A stretch of 64,000 bases of DNA from the human T2T-CHM13v2.0 reference genome, Homo sapiens, in the NCBI RefSeq assembly GCF_009914755.1, contig NC_060933.1. The stretch is one strand, 5' to 3'. The position numbers and the translations under genes were made by a program. Below are positions 51,986 to 64,000 of this stretch, in pieces. Under the pieces are notes generated by a model. It was given only the letters and a program-made list of their open reading frames with translations, made no database searches and was not told the origin of the DNA. How positions within the stretch are numbered: position 1 is the stretch's first letter; each line of letters starts with the position of its first letter.

Positions 51986-54900
51986 AGCATTCTCAGAAAC
52001 TTGTTTGTGATGTGTGTATTCAACTAACAGAGATGAACCTTTCTTTTTACAGAGCAGTTTTGAAACACTCTTTTTGTGGAATCTGAAAGTGGATATTTGG
52101 ATAGCTTTGAGGATTTCGTTGGAAACGGGATTACATATAAAACCTAGAGAGAAGCATTCTCAGGAACTTCTTTGTGATGTTTGCCTTCAAGTCACAGGAC
52201 TGAACATTCCCTTTCATAGAGCAGGTTTGAAACACTCTTTCTGTAGTATCTGCAAGCTGACGTTTCAAGCGCTTTCAGGCCTATGGTGAGAAAGGAAATA
52301 TCTTCAAGTAAAAACTAGACAGAAGCATTCTCAGAAACTTATTTGCCATGTGTGTTCTCAACTAACAGAGTTGAACCTTTGTTTTGATACGGCATTTTGG
52401 AAACACTCTTTTTGTAGAATCTGCAGGTGGATATTCGGATAGCTTTGAAGGTTTCGTTGGAAACGGGAATATCTTCATATAAAATCTAGACGGAAGCATT
52501 CTCAGAAACTGCTTTGTGATGTTTTCATTCAAGTCACAGAGTAGAATCTTCCCTGTTATATACCAGGTTTCAGACACTCTTTCTGCACTACCTGGAAGTG
52601 GACATTTGCAGCGCTTTGAGGCCTATGATGAAAAAGGAAATATCTTCCCATAAAAACTAGACAGAAGCATTCTCAGAAACTTGTTTGTGATGTGTGTATT
52701 CAACTAACAGAGATGAACCTTTCTTTTTACAGAGCAGTTTTGAAACACTCTTTTTGTGGAATCTGAAAGTGGATATTTGGATAGCTTTGAGGATTTCGTT
52801 GGAAACGGGATTACATATAAAACCTAGAGAGAAGCATTCTCAGGAACTTCTTTGTGATGTTTGCATTCACGTCACAGAACTGAACATTCCCTTTCATAGA
52901 GCATGTTTGAAACACTCTTTCTGTAGTATCTGCAAACGGACATTTCAAACGCTTTCAGGCCTATGGTGAGAAAGGAAATATCTTCAACTAAAAACTAGAC
53001 AGAAGCATTCTCAGAAACTTATTTGCGATGTGTGTCCTCAACTAACAGAGTTGAACCTTTCTTTTGATACAACATTTTGGAAACACTCTTTTTGTGGAAT
53101 CTGCAAGTGGATATTTGGATAGCTTTGAAGATTTCGTTGGAAACGGGAATATCTTCATATAAAATCAAGACAGAAGCATTCTCAGAAACTTCTCTGTGAT
53201 GTTTGCATTCAACTCATAGAGTTGAACACTTCCCTTCATACAGCAGGTTTGAAACACTCTTTTTGTAATATTTGGAAGTGGACATTTGCAGCGCTTTGAG
53301 GCCTATGATGAAAAAGGTAATATCTTCCCATAAAAACTAGACAGAAGCATTCTCAGAAACTTGTTTGTGATGTGTGTATTCAACTAACAGAGATGAACCT
53401 TTCTTTTTACAGAGCAGTTTTGAAACACTCTTTTTGTGGAATCTGAAAGTGGATATTTGGATAGCTTTGCGGATTTCGTTGGAAACGGGATTACATATAA
53501 AATCTAGGGAGAAGCATTCTCAGGAACTTCTTTGTGATGTTTGCATTCAAGTCACAGAACTGAACATTCCCTTTCATAGAGCAGGTTTGAAACACTCTTT
53601 CTGTAGTATCTGCAAGCGGACGTTTTAAGCGCTTTCAGGCCTGTGGTGAGAAAAGAAATATCTTCAAATAAAAACTAGACAGAAGCATTCTCAGAAACTT
53701 ATTTGCGATGTGTGTCCTCAACTAACAGAGTTGAACCTTTCTTTTGATACAACATTTTGGAAACACTCTTTTTGTAGAATCTGCAAGTGGATATTTGGAT
53801 AGCTTTGAAGGTTTCGTTGGAAACGGGAATATCTTCATATGAAATCAAGACAGAAGCATTCTCAGAAACTTCTCTGTGATGTTTGCATTCAACTCATAGA
53901 GTTGAACACTTCCCTTCATACAGCAGGTTTGAAACACTCTTTTTCTAATATTTGGAAGTGGACATTTGCAGCGCTTTGAGGCCTATGTTGAAGAAGGAAA
54001 TATCTTCTCCTAAAAACCAGACAGAAGCATTCTCAGAAACTTCCTTGTGATGTGTGTACTCAAGTAACAGAGTTGAACCTTCCTTTTGACAGAGCAGTTT
54101 TGAAGCACTCTTTTTGTAGAATCTGCAAGTGGATATTTTGATACCTTTGAGGATTTCGTTGGACACGGGATATCTTCATATAAAATCTAGACAGAAGCAT
54201 TCTCAGAAACTTCTTTGTGCTGTATGTCCTCAATTAACAGAGTTGAACCTTTGTGTGGATACAGCATTTTGGAAACATTCCTTTAGTAGAATCTGCAAGT
54301 TGATATTTAGATAGCTAGGAAGATTTCCTTGGAAACGGGAATATCTTCATATAAAATCTAGACGGAAGCATTCTCAGAAAGTGCTTTGTGATGTTTGCAT
54401 TCAAGTCACAGAGTTGAATATTCCCTTTTATAGAGCAGGTTTGAAACACTCTTTCTGCACTACCTGGAAGTGGACATTTGGAGCGCTTTGAGGCCTATGT
54501 TGAAAAAGGAAATATGTTCCCATAAAAACTGGACAGAAGCATTCTCAGAAACTTGTTTGTGATGTGTGTATTCAACTAACAGAGATGAACCTTTCTTTTT
54601 ACAGAGCAGTTTTGAAACACTCTTTTTGTGGAATCTGAAAGTGGATATTTGGATAGCTTTGAGGATTTCGTTGGAAACGGGATTACATATAAAACCTAGA
54701 GAGAAGCATTCTCAGGAACTTCTTTGTGATGTTTGCATTCAAGTCACAGGACTGAACATTCCCTTTCATAGAGCAGGTTTGAAACACTCTTTCTGTAGTA
54801 TCTGCAAGCTGACGTTTCAAGCGCTTTCAGGCCTATGGTGAGAAAGGAAATATCTTCAAGTAAAAACTAGACAGAAGCATTCTCAGAAACTTATTTGCCA

Positions 54901-57900
54901 TGTGTGTTCTCAACTAACAGAGTTGAACCTTTGTTTTGATACGGCATTTTGGAAACACTCTTTTTGTAGAATCTGCAGGTGGATATTCGGATAGCTTTGA
55001 AGGTTTCGTTGGAAACGGGAATATCTTCATATAAAATCTACACGGAAGCATTCTCAGAAACTGCTTTGTGATGTTTTCATTCAAGTCACAGAGTAGAATG
55101 TTCCCTGTTATATACCAGGTTTGAGACACTCTTTCTGCACTACCTGGAAGTGGACGTTTGGAGCGCTTTGAGGCCTATGTTGAAAAAGGAAATATCTTCC
55201 CATAAAAACTAGACAGAAGCATTCTCAGAAACTTGTTTGTGATGTGTGTATTCAACTAACAGGGATGAACCTTTCTTATTACAGTGCAGTTTTGAAACAC
55301 TCTTTTTGTGGAATCTGAAAGTGGATATTTGGATAGCTTTGAGGATTTCGTTGGAAACGGGATTACATATAAAACCTAGAGAGAAGCATTCTCAGGAACT
55401 TCTTTGTGATGTTTGCATTCAAGTCACAGAACTGAACATTCCCTTTCATAGAGCATGTTTGAAACACTCTTTCTGTAGTATCTGCAAACGGACATTTCAA
55501 ACGCTTTCAGGCCTATGGTGAGAAAGGAAATATCTTCAAATAAAAACTAGACAGAAGCATTCTCAGAAACTTGTTTGCGATGTGTTTCCTCAACTAACAG
55601 AGTTGAACCTTTCTTTTGATACAACATTTTGGAAACACTCTTTTTGTAGAATCTGCAAGTGGATATTTGGATAGCTTTGAAGGTTTCTTTGGAAACGGGA
55701 ATATCTTCATATAAAATCAAGACAGAAGCATTCTCAGAAACTTCTCTGTGATGTTTGCATTCAACTCATAGAGTTGAACACTTCCCTTCATACAGCAGGT
55801 TTGAAACACTCTTTTTGTAATATTTGGAAGTGGACATTTGCAGCGCTTTGAGGCCTATGATGAAAAAGGTAATATCTTCCCATAAAAACTAGACAGAAGC
55901 ATTCTCAGAAACTTGTTTGTGATGTGTGTATTCAACTAACAGAGATGAACCTTTCTTTTTACAGAGCAGTTTTGAAACACTCTTTTTGTGGAATCTGAAA
56001 GTGGATGTTTGGATAGCTTTGCGGATTTCGTTGGAAACGGGATTACATATAAAATCTAGGGAGAAGCATTCTCAGGAACTTCTTTGTGATGTTTGCATTC
56101 AAGTCACAGAACTGAACATTCCCTTTCATAGAGCAGGTTTGAAACACTCTTTCTGTAGTATCTGCAAGCGGACGTTTTAAGCGCTTTCAGGCCTGTGGTG
56201 AGAAAGGAAATATCTTCAAATAAAAACTAGACAGAAGCATTCTCAGAAACTTATTTGCGATGTGTGTCCTCAACTAACAGAGTTGAACCTTTCTTTTGAT
56301 ACAACATTTTGGAAACACTCTTTTTGTAGAATCTGCAAGTGGATATTTGGATAGCTTTGAAGGTTTCGTTGGAAACGGGAATATCTTCATATGAAATCAA
56401 GACAGAAGCATTCTCAGAAACTTCTCTGTGATGTTTGCATTCAACTCATAGAGTTGAACACTTCCCTTCATACAGCAGGTTTGAAACACTCTTTTTCTAA
56501 TATTTGGAAGTGGACATTTGCAGCGCTTTGAGGCCTATGTTGAAAAAGGAAATATCTTCTCCTAAAAACCAGACAGAAGCATTCTCAGAAACTTCCTTGT
56601 GATGTGTGTACTCAAGTAACAGAGTTGAACCTTCATTTTGACAGAGCAGTTTTGAAGCACTCTTTTTGTAGAATCTGCAAGTGGATATTTTGATACCTTT
56701 GAGGATTTCGTTGGACACGGGATATCTTCATATAAAATCTAGACAGAAGCATTCTCAGAAACTTCTTTGTGCTGTATGTCCTCAATTAACAGAGTTGAAC
56801 CTTTGTGTGGATACAGCATTTTGGAAACATTCCTTTAGAAGAATCTGCAAGTTGATATTTAGATAGCTAGGAAGATTTCCTTGGAAACGGGAATATCTTC
56901 ATATAAAATCTAGACGGAAGCATTCTCAGAAAGTGCTTTGTGATGTTTGCATTCAAGTCACAGAGTTGAATATTCCCTTTTATAGAGCAGGTTTGAAACA
57001 CTCTTTCTGCACTACCTGGAAGTGGACATTTGGAGCGCTTTGAGGCCTATGTTGAAAAAGGAAATATCTTCCCATAAAAACTAGACAGAAGCATTCTCAG
57101 AAACTTGTTTGTGATGTGTGTATTCAACTAACAGAGATGAACCTTTCTTTTTACAGAGCAGTTTTGAAACACTCTTTTTGTGGAATCTGAAAGTGGATAT
57201 TTGGATAGCTTTGAGGATTTCGTTGGAAACGGGATTACATATAAAACCTAGAGAGAAGCATTCTCAGGAACTTCTTTGTGATGTTTGCCTTCAAGTCACA
57301 GGACTGAACATTCCCTTTCATAGAGCAGGTTTGAAACACTCTTTCTGTAGTATCTGCAAGCTGACGTTTCAAGCGCTTTCAGGCCTATGGTGAGAAAGGA
57401 AATATCTTCAAGTAAAAACTAGACAGAAGCATTCTCAGAAACTTATTTGCCATGTGTGTTCTCAACTAACAGAGTTGAACCTTTGTTTTGATACGGCATT
57501 TTGGAAACACTCTTTTTGTAGAATCTGCAGGTGGATATTCGGATAGCTTTGAAGGTTTCGTTGGAAACGGGAATATCTTCATATAAAATCTAGACGGAAG
57601 CATTCTCAGAAACTGCTTTGTGATGTTTTCATTCAAGTCACAGAGTAGAATCTTCCCTGTTATATACCAGGTTTCAGACACTCTTTCTGCACTACCTGGA
57701 AGTGGACATTTGCAGCGCTTTGAGGCCTATGATGAAAAAGGAAATATCTTCCCATAAAAACTAGACAGAAGCATTCTCAGAAACTTGTTTGTGATGTGTG
57801 TATTCAACTAACAGAGATGAACCTTTCTTTTTACAGAGCAGTTTTGAAACACTCTTTTTGTGGAATCTGAAAGTGGATATTTGGATAGCTTTGAGGATTT

Positions 57901-60900
57901 CGTTGGAAACGGGATTACATATAAAACCTAGAGAGAAGCATTCTCAGGAACTTCTTTGTGATGTTTGCATTCACGTCACAGAACTGAACATTCCCTTTCA
58001 TAGAGCATGTTTGAAACACTCTTTCTGTAGTATCTGCAAACGGACATTTCAAACGCTTTCAGGCCTATGGTGAGAAAGGAAATATCTTCAACTAAAAACT
58101 AGACAGAAGCATTCTCAGAAACTTATTTGCGATGTGTGTCCTCAACTAACAGAGTTGAACCTTTCTTTTGATACAACATTTTGGAAACACTCTTTTTGTG
58201 GAATCTGCAAGTGGATATTTGGATAGCTTTGAAGATTTCGTTGGAAACGGGAATATCTTCATATAAAATCAAGACAGAAGTATTCTCAGAAACTTCTCTG
58301 TGATGTTTGCATTCAACTCATAGAGTTGAACACTTCCCTTCATACAGCAGGTTTGAAACACTCTTTTTGTAATATTTGGAAGTGGACATTTGCAGCGCTT
58401 TGAGGCCTATGATGAAAAAGGTAATATCTTCCCATAAAAACTAGACAGAAGCATTCTCAGAAACTTGTTTGTGATGTGTGTATTCAACTAACAGAGATGA
58501 ACCTTTCTTTTTACAGAGCAGTTTTGAAACACTCTTTTTGTGGAATCTGAAAGTGGATATTTGGATAGCTTTGCGGATTTCGTTGGAAACGGGATTACAT
58601 ATAAAATCTAGGGAGAAGCATTCTCAGGAACTTCTTTGTGATGTTTGCATTCAAGTCACAGAACTGAACATTCCCTTTCATAGAGCAGGTTTGAAACACT
58701 CTTTCTGTAGTATCTGCAAGCGGACGTTTTAAGCGCTTTCAGGCCTGTGGTGAGAAAAGAAATATCTTCAAATAAAAACTAGACAGAAGCATTCTCAGAA
58801 ACTTATTTGCGATGTGTGTCCTCAACTAACAGAGTTGAACCTTTCTTTTGATACAACATTTTGGAAACACTCTTTTTGTAGAATCTGCAAGTGGATATTT
58901 GGATAGCTTTGAAGGTTTCGTTGGAAACGGGAATATCTTCATATGAAATCAAGACAGAAGCATTCTCAGAAACTTCTCTGTGATGTTTGCATTCAACTCA
59001 TAGAGTTGAACACTTCCCTTCATACAGCAGGTTTGAAACACTCTTTTTCTAATATTTGGAAGTGGACATTTGCAGCGCTTTGAGGCCTATGTTGAAAAAG
59101 GAAATATCTTCTCCTAAAAACCAGACAGAAGCATTCTCAGAAACTTCCTTGTGATGTGTGTACTCAAGTAACAGAGTTGAACCTTCCTTTTGACAGAGCA
59201 GTTTTGAAGCACTCTTTTTGTAGAATCTGCAAGTGGATATTTTGATACCTTTGAGGATTTCGTTGGACACGGGATATCTTCATATAAAATCTAGACAGAA
59301 GCATTCTCAGAAACTTCTTTGTGCTGTATGTCCTCAATTAACAGAGTTGAACCTTTGTGTGGATACAGCATTTTGGAAACATTCCTTTAGTAGAATCTGC
59401 AAGTTGATATTTAGATAGCTAGGAAGATTTCCTTGGAAACGGGAATATCTTCATATAAAATCTAGACGGAAGCATTCTCAGAAAGTGCTTTGTGATGTTT
59501 GCATTCAAGTCACAGAGTTGAATATTCCCTTTTATAGAGCAGGTTTGAAACACTCTTTCTGCACTACCTGGAAGTGGACATTTGGAGCGCTTTGAGGCCT
59601 ATGTTGAAAAAGGAAATATGTTCCCATAAAAACTGGACAGAAGCATTCTCAGAAACTTGTTTGTGATGTGTGTATTCAACTAACAGAGATGAACCTTTCT
59701 TTTTACAGAGCAGTTTTGAAACACTCTTTTTGTGGAATCTGAAAGTGGATATTTGGATAGCTTTGAGGATTTCGTTGGAAACGGGATTACATATAAAACC
59801 TAGAGAGAAGCATTCTCAGGAACTTCTTTGTGATGTTTGCCTTCAAGTCACAGGACTGAACATTCCCTTTCATAGAGCAGGTTTGAAACACTCTTTCTGT
59901 AGTATCTGCAAGCTGACGTTTCAAGCGCTTTCAGGCCTATGGTGAGAAAGGAAATATCTTCAAGTAAAAACTAGACAGAAGCATTCTCAGAAACTTATTT
60001 GCCATGTGTGTTCTCAACTAACAGAGTTGAACCTTTGTTTTGATACGGCATTTTGGAAACACTCTTTTTGTAGAATCTGCAGGTGGATATTCGGATAGCT
60101 TTGAAGGTTTCGTTGGAAACGGGAATATCTTCATATAAAATCTACACGGAAGCATTCTCAGAAACTGCTTTGTGATGTTTTCATTCAAGTCACAGAGTAG
60201 AATGTTCCCTGTTATATACCAGGTTTGAGACACTCTTTCTGCACTACCTGGAAGTGGACGTTTGGAGCGCTTTGAGGCCTATGTTGAAAAAGGAAATATC
60301 TTCCCATAAAAACTAGACAGAAGCATTCTCAGAAACTTGTTTGTGATGTGTGTATTCAACTAACAGGGATGAACCTTTCTTATTACAGTGCAGTTTTGAA
60401 ACACTCTTTTTGTGGAATCTGAAAGTGGATATTTGGATAGCTTTGAGGATTTCGTTGGAAACGGGATTACATATAAAACCTAGAGAGAAGCATTCTCAGG
60501 AACTTCTTTGTGATGTTTGCATTCAAGTCACAGAACTGAACATTCCCTTTCATAGAGCATGTTTGAAACACTCTTTCTGTAGTATCTGCAAACGGACATT
60601 TCAAACGCTTTCAGGCCTATGGTGAGAAAGGAAATATCTTCAAATAAAAACTAGACAGAAGCATTCTCAGAAACTTGTTTGCGATGTGTTTCCTCAACTA
60701 ACAGAGTTGAACCTTTCTTTTGATACAACATTTTGGAAACACTCTTTTTGTAGAATCTGCAAGTGGATATTTGGATAGCTTTGAAGGTTTCTTTGGAAAC
60801 GGGAATATCTTCATATAAAATCAAGACAGAAGCATTCTCAGAAACTTCTCTGTGATGTTTGCATTCAACTCATAGAGTTGAACACTTCCCTTCATACAGC

Positions 60901-62193
60901 AGGTTTGAAACACTCTTTTTGTAATATTTGGAAGTGGACATTTGCAGCGCTTTGAGGCCTATGATGAAAAAGGTAATATCTTCCCATAAAAACTAGACAG
61001 AAGCATTCTCAGAAACTTGTTTGTGATGTGTGTATTCAACTAACAGAGATGAACCTTTCTTTTTACAGAGCAGTTTTGAAACACTCTTTTTGTGGAATCT
61101 GAAAGTGGATGTTTGGATAGCTTTGCGGATTTCGTTGGAAACGGGATTACATATAAAATCTAGGGAGAAGCATTCTCAGGAACTTCTTTGTGATGTTTGC
61201 ATTCAAGTCACAGAACTGAACATTCCCTTTCATAGAGCAGGTTTGAAACACTCTTTCTGTAGTATCTGCAAGCGGACGTTTTAAGCGCTTTCAGGCCTGT
61301 GGTGAGAAAGGAAATATCTTCAAATAAAAACTAGACAGAAGCATTCTCAGAAACTTATTTGCGATGTGTGTCCTCAACTAACAGAGTTGAACCTTTCTTT
61401 TGATACAACATTTTGGAAACACTCTTTTTGTAGAATCTGCAAGTGGATATTTGGATAGCTTTGAAGGTTTCGTTGTAAACGGGAATATCTTCATATGAAA
61501 TCAAGACAGAAGCATTCCCAGAAACTTCTCTGTGATGTTTGCATTCAACTCATAGAGTTGAACACTTCCCTTCATACAGCAGGTTTGAAACACTCTTTTT
61601 CTAATATTTGGAAGTGGACATTTGCAGCGCTTTGAGGCCTATGTTGAAAAAGGAAATATCTTCTCCTAAAAACCAGACAGAAGCATTCTCAGAAACTTCC
61701 TTGTGATGTGTGTACTCAAGTAACAGAGTTGAACCTTCATTTTGACAGAGCAGTTTTGAAGCACTCTTTTTGTAGAATCTGCAAGTGGATATTTTGATAC
61801 CTTTGTGGATTTCGTTAGACACGGGATATCTTCATATAAAATCTAGACAGAAGCATTCTCAGAAACTTCTTTGTGCTGTATGTCCTCAATTAACAGAGTT
61901 GAACCTTTGTGTGGATACAGCATTTTGGAAACATTCCTTTAGTAGAATCTGCAAGTTGATATTTAGATAGCTAGGAAGATTTCCTTGGAAACGGGAATAT
62001 CTTCATATAAAATCTAGACGGAAGCATTCTCAGAAAGTGCTTTGTGATGTTTGCATTCAAGTCACAGAGTTGAATATTCCCTTTTATAGAGCAGGTTTGT
62101 AACACTCTTTCTGCACTACCTGGAAGTGGACATTTGGAGCGCTTTGAGGCCTATGTTGAAAAAGGAAATATCTTCCCATAAAAACTAGACAGA
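51986..62193 (+). repeat. Four 15-mer HORs x,y,x,y starting 51986, 54538, 57090, 59642
   Basis: Markers 54129, 56681, 59233, 61785 (spacing 2552). Confidence 0.95.
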
Positions 62194-64000
62194 AGCATTC
62201 TCAGAAATTTGTTTGTGATGTGTGTATTCAACTAACAGAGATGAACCTTTCTTTTTACAGAGCAGTTTTGAAACACTCTTTTTGTGGATTCTGAAAGTGG
62301 ATATTTGGATAGCTTTGAGGATTTTGTTGGAAACGGGATTACATATAAAACCTAGAGAGAAGCATTCTCAGGAACTTCTTTGTGATGTTTGCATTCAAGT
62401 CACAGAACTGAACATTCCCTTTCATAGAGCAGGTTTGAAACACTCTTTCTGTAGTATCTGCAAGCGGACGTTTCAAGCGCTTTCAGGCCTATGGTGAGAA
62501 AGGAAATATCTTCAAGTAAAAACTAGACAGAAGCATTCTCAGAAACTTATTTGCGATGTGTGTTCTCAACTAACAGAGTTGAACCTTTGTTTTGATATGG
62601 CATTTTGGAAACACTCTTTTTGTAGAATCTGCAGGTGGATATTCGGATAGCTTTGAACGTTTCGTTGGAAACGGGAATATCTTCATATAAAATCTAGACG
62701 GAAGCATTCTCAGAAACTGCTTTGTGATGTTTTCATTCAAGTCACAGAGTAGAATGTTCCCCGTTATATACCAGGTTTGAGACACTCTTTCTGCACTACC
62801 TGGAAGTGGACATTTGGAGCGCTTTGAGGCCTATGATGAAGAAGGAAATATCTTCCCATAAAAACTAGACAGAAGCATTCTCAGAAACTTGTTTGTGATG
62901 TGTGTATTCAACTAACAGAGATGAACCTTTCTTTTTACAGAGCAGTTTTGAAACACTCTTTTTGTGGAATCTGAAAGTGGATATTTGGATAGCTTTGCGG
63001 ATTTCGTTGGAAACGGGATTACATATAAAATCTAGGGAGAAGCATTCTCAGGAACTTCTTTGTGATGTTTGCATTCAAGTCACAGAACTGAACATTCCCT
63101 TTCATAGAGCAGGTTTGAAACACTCTTTCTGTAGTATCTGCAAGCGGACGTTTTAAGCGCTTTCAGGCCTGTGGTGAGAAAGGAAATATCTTCAAATAAA
63201 AACTAGACAGAAGCATTCTCAGAAACTTATTTGCGATGTGTGTCCTCAACTAACAGAGTTGAACCTTTCTTTTGATACAACATTTTGGAAACACTCTTTT
63301 TGTAGAATCTGCAAGTGGATATTTGGATAACTTTGAAGGTTTCGTTGGAAACGGGAATATCTTCATATGAAATCAAGACAGAAGCATTCTCAGAAACTTC
63401 TCTGTGATGTTTGCATTCACCTCATAGAGTTGAACACTTCCCTTCATACAGCAGGTTTGAAACACTCTTTTTCTAATATTTGGAAGTGGACATTTGCAGC
63501 GCTTTGAGGCCTATGTTGAAAAAGGAAATATCTTCTCCTAAAAACCAGACAGAAGCATTCTCAGAAACTTCCTTGTGATGTGTGTACTCAAGTAACAGAG
63601 TTGAACCTTCCTTTTGACAGAGCAGTTTTGAAGCACTCTTTTTGTAGAATCTGCAAGTGGATATTTTGATACCTTTGAGGATTTCGTTGGACACGGGATA
63701 TCTTCATATAAAATCTAGACAGAAGCATTCTCAGAAACTTCTTTGTGCTGTATGTCCTCAATTAACAGAGTTGAACCTTTGTGTGGATACAGCATTTTGG
63801 AAACATTCCTTTAGAAGAATCTGCAAGTTGATATTTAGATAGCTAGGAAGATTTCCTTGGAAACGGGAATATCTTCATATAAAATCTAGACGGAAGCATT
63901 CTCAGAAAGTGCTTTGTGATGTTTGCATTCAAGTCACAGAGTTGAATATTCCCTTTTATAGAGCAGGTTTGAAACACTCTTTCTGCACTACCTGGAAGTG
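62194..64000 (+). repeat. 11-mer HOR class d, truncated by window end
   Basis: Spacing 61785 to 63657; shares private variants with 17787-19658. Confidence 0.93.

Larger units (their letters stand above)
1..64000 (+). repeat. Centromeric alpha-satellite HOR array (SF2-like; probably human chr4 D4Z1/S2C4H1L, chr9 D9Z4 not excluded)
   Basis: AGCATTCTCAG(A/G)AA recurs every ~170 bp (91, ~259, ~429, ~600, 771...). CENP-B boxes TTTCGTTGGAAACGGGA occur in about every second monomer. Periodicities are 680/1872/2552/3232 bp. Satellite identity is near certain; the chromosome assignment is inference (~0.65). Confidence 0.99.

Noticed and set aside
119-63842. Recurrent 61-91 aa ORFs (MYSTNRDE..., MSQTWY..., MSNEIL..., MDILIP...)
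   Set aside because: They are translations of satellite monomers: mostly non-ATG starts, overlapping on both strands, no recognisable domain, and stops toggled by single variants.
1-64000. CRISPR-like pattern of the recurring AGAAGCATTCTCAGAAAC motif
   Set aside because: The intervening sequences are homologous ~170-bp monomers, not unique spacers, and there are no cas genes.
1-64000. Hidden insertion (Alu/L1/NUMT/viral) or inversion
   Set aside because: Marker spacings sum exactly (14x1872 + 9x2552 + 4x3232 - 1 = 62103 = 63657 - 1554), leaving no room for an insert; all boxes read on the same strand.

Overview
The whole 64 kb is one uninterrupted, single-orientation array of primate (human-type) centromeric alpha satellite. 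It has ~171-bp monomers that mostly alternate between CENP-B-box and pJalpha-box types, and it looks like a suprachromosomal family 2, highly homogeneous higher-order repeat (HOR) array. I found no genes, RNA genes, transposons or CRISPR arrays; the ORF track is a by-product of the repeat and is useful only as a ruler. Each HOR is n x 680-bp tetramers plus one 512-bp trimer, giving 11-mers (1872 bp; 14 complete + 1 truncated), 15-mers (2552 bp; 9) and 19-mers (3232 bp; 4, one of them 3231 bp). The order is 11,11,11,11,11,19,15,15,11,15,11,11,11,11,19,11,11,11,19,15,15,11,19,15,15,15,15,11. The 19/15/11-mer set best fits human chr4 D4Z1 (S2C4H1L); the related chr9 D9Z4 is the main alternative. 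This assignment is from recall, not alignment. The notable content is structural: four distinct 11-mer and two distinct 15-mer classes, nested duplications (3.7, 5.1, 7.0, 8.8, 10.2, 20.2 kb), mappable crossover junctions, an inter-monomer conversion tract and CENP-B box losses. I found no evidence of a novel gene-based system.
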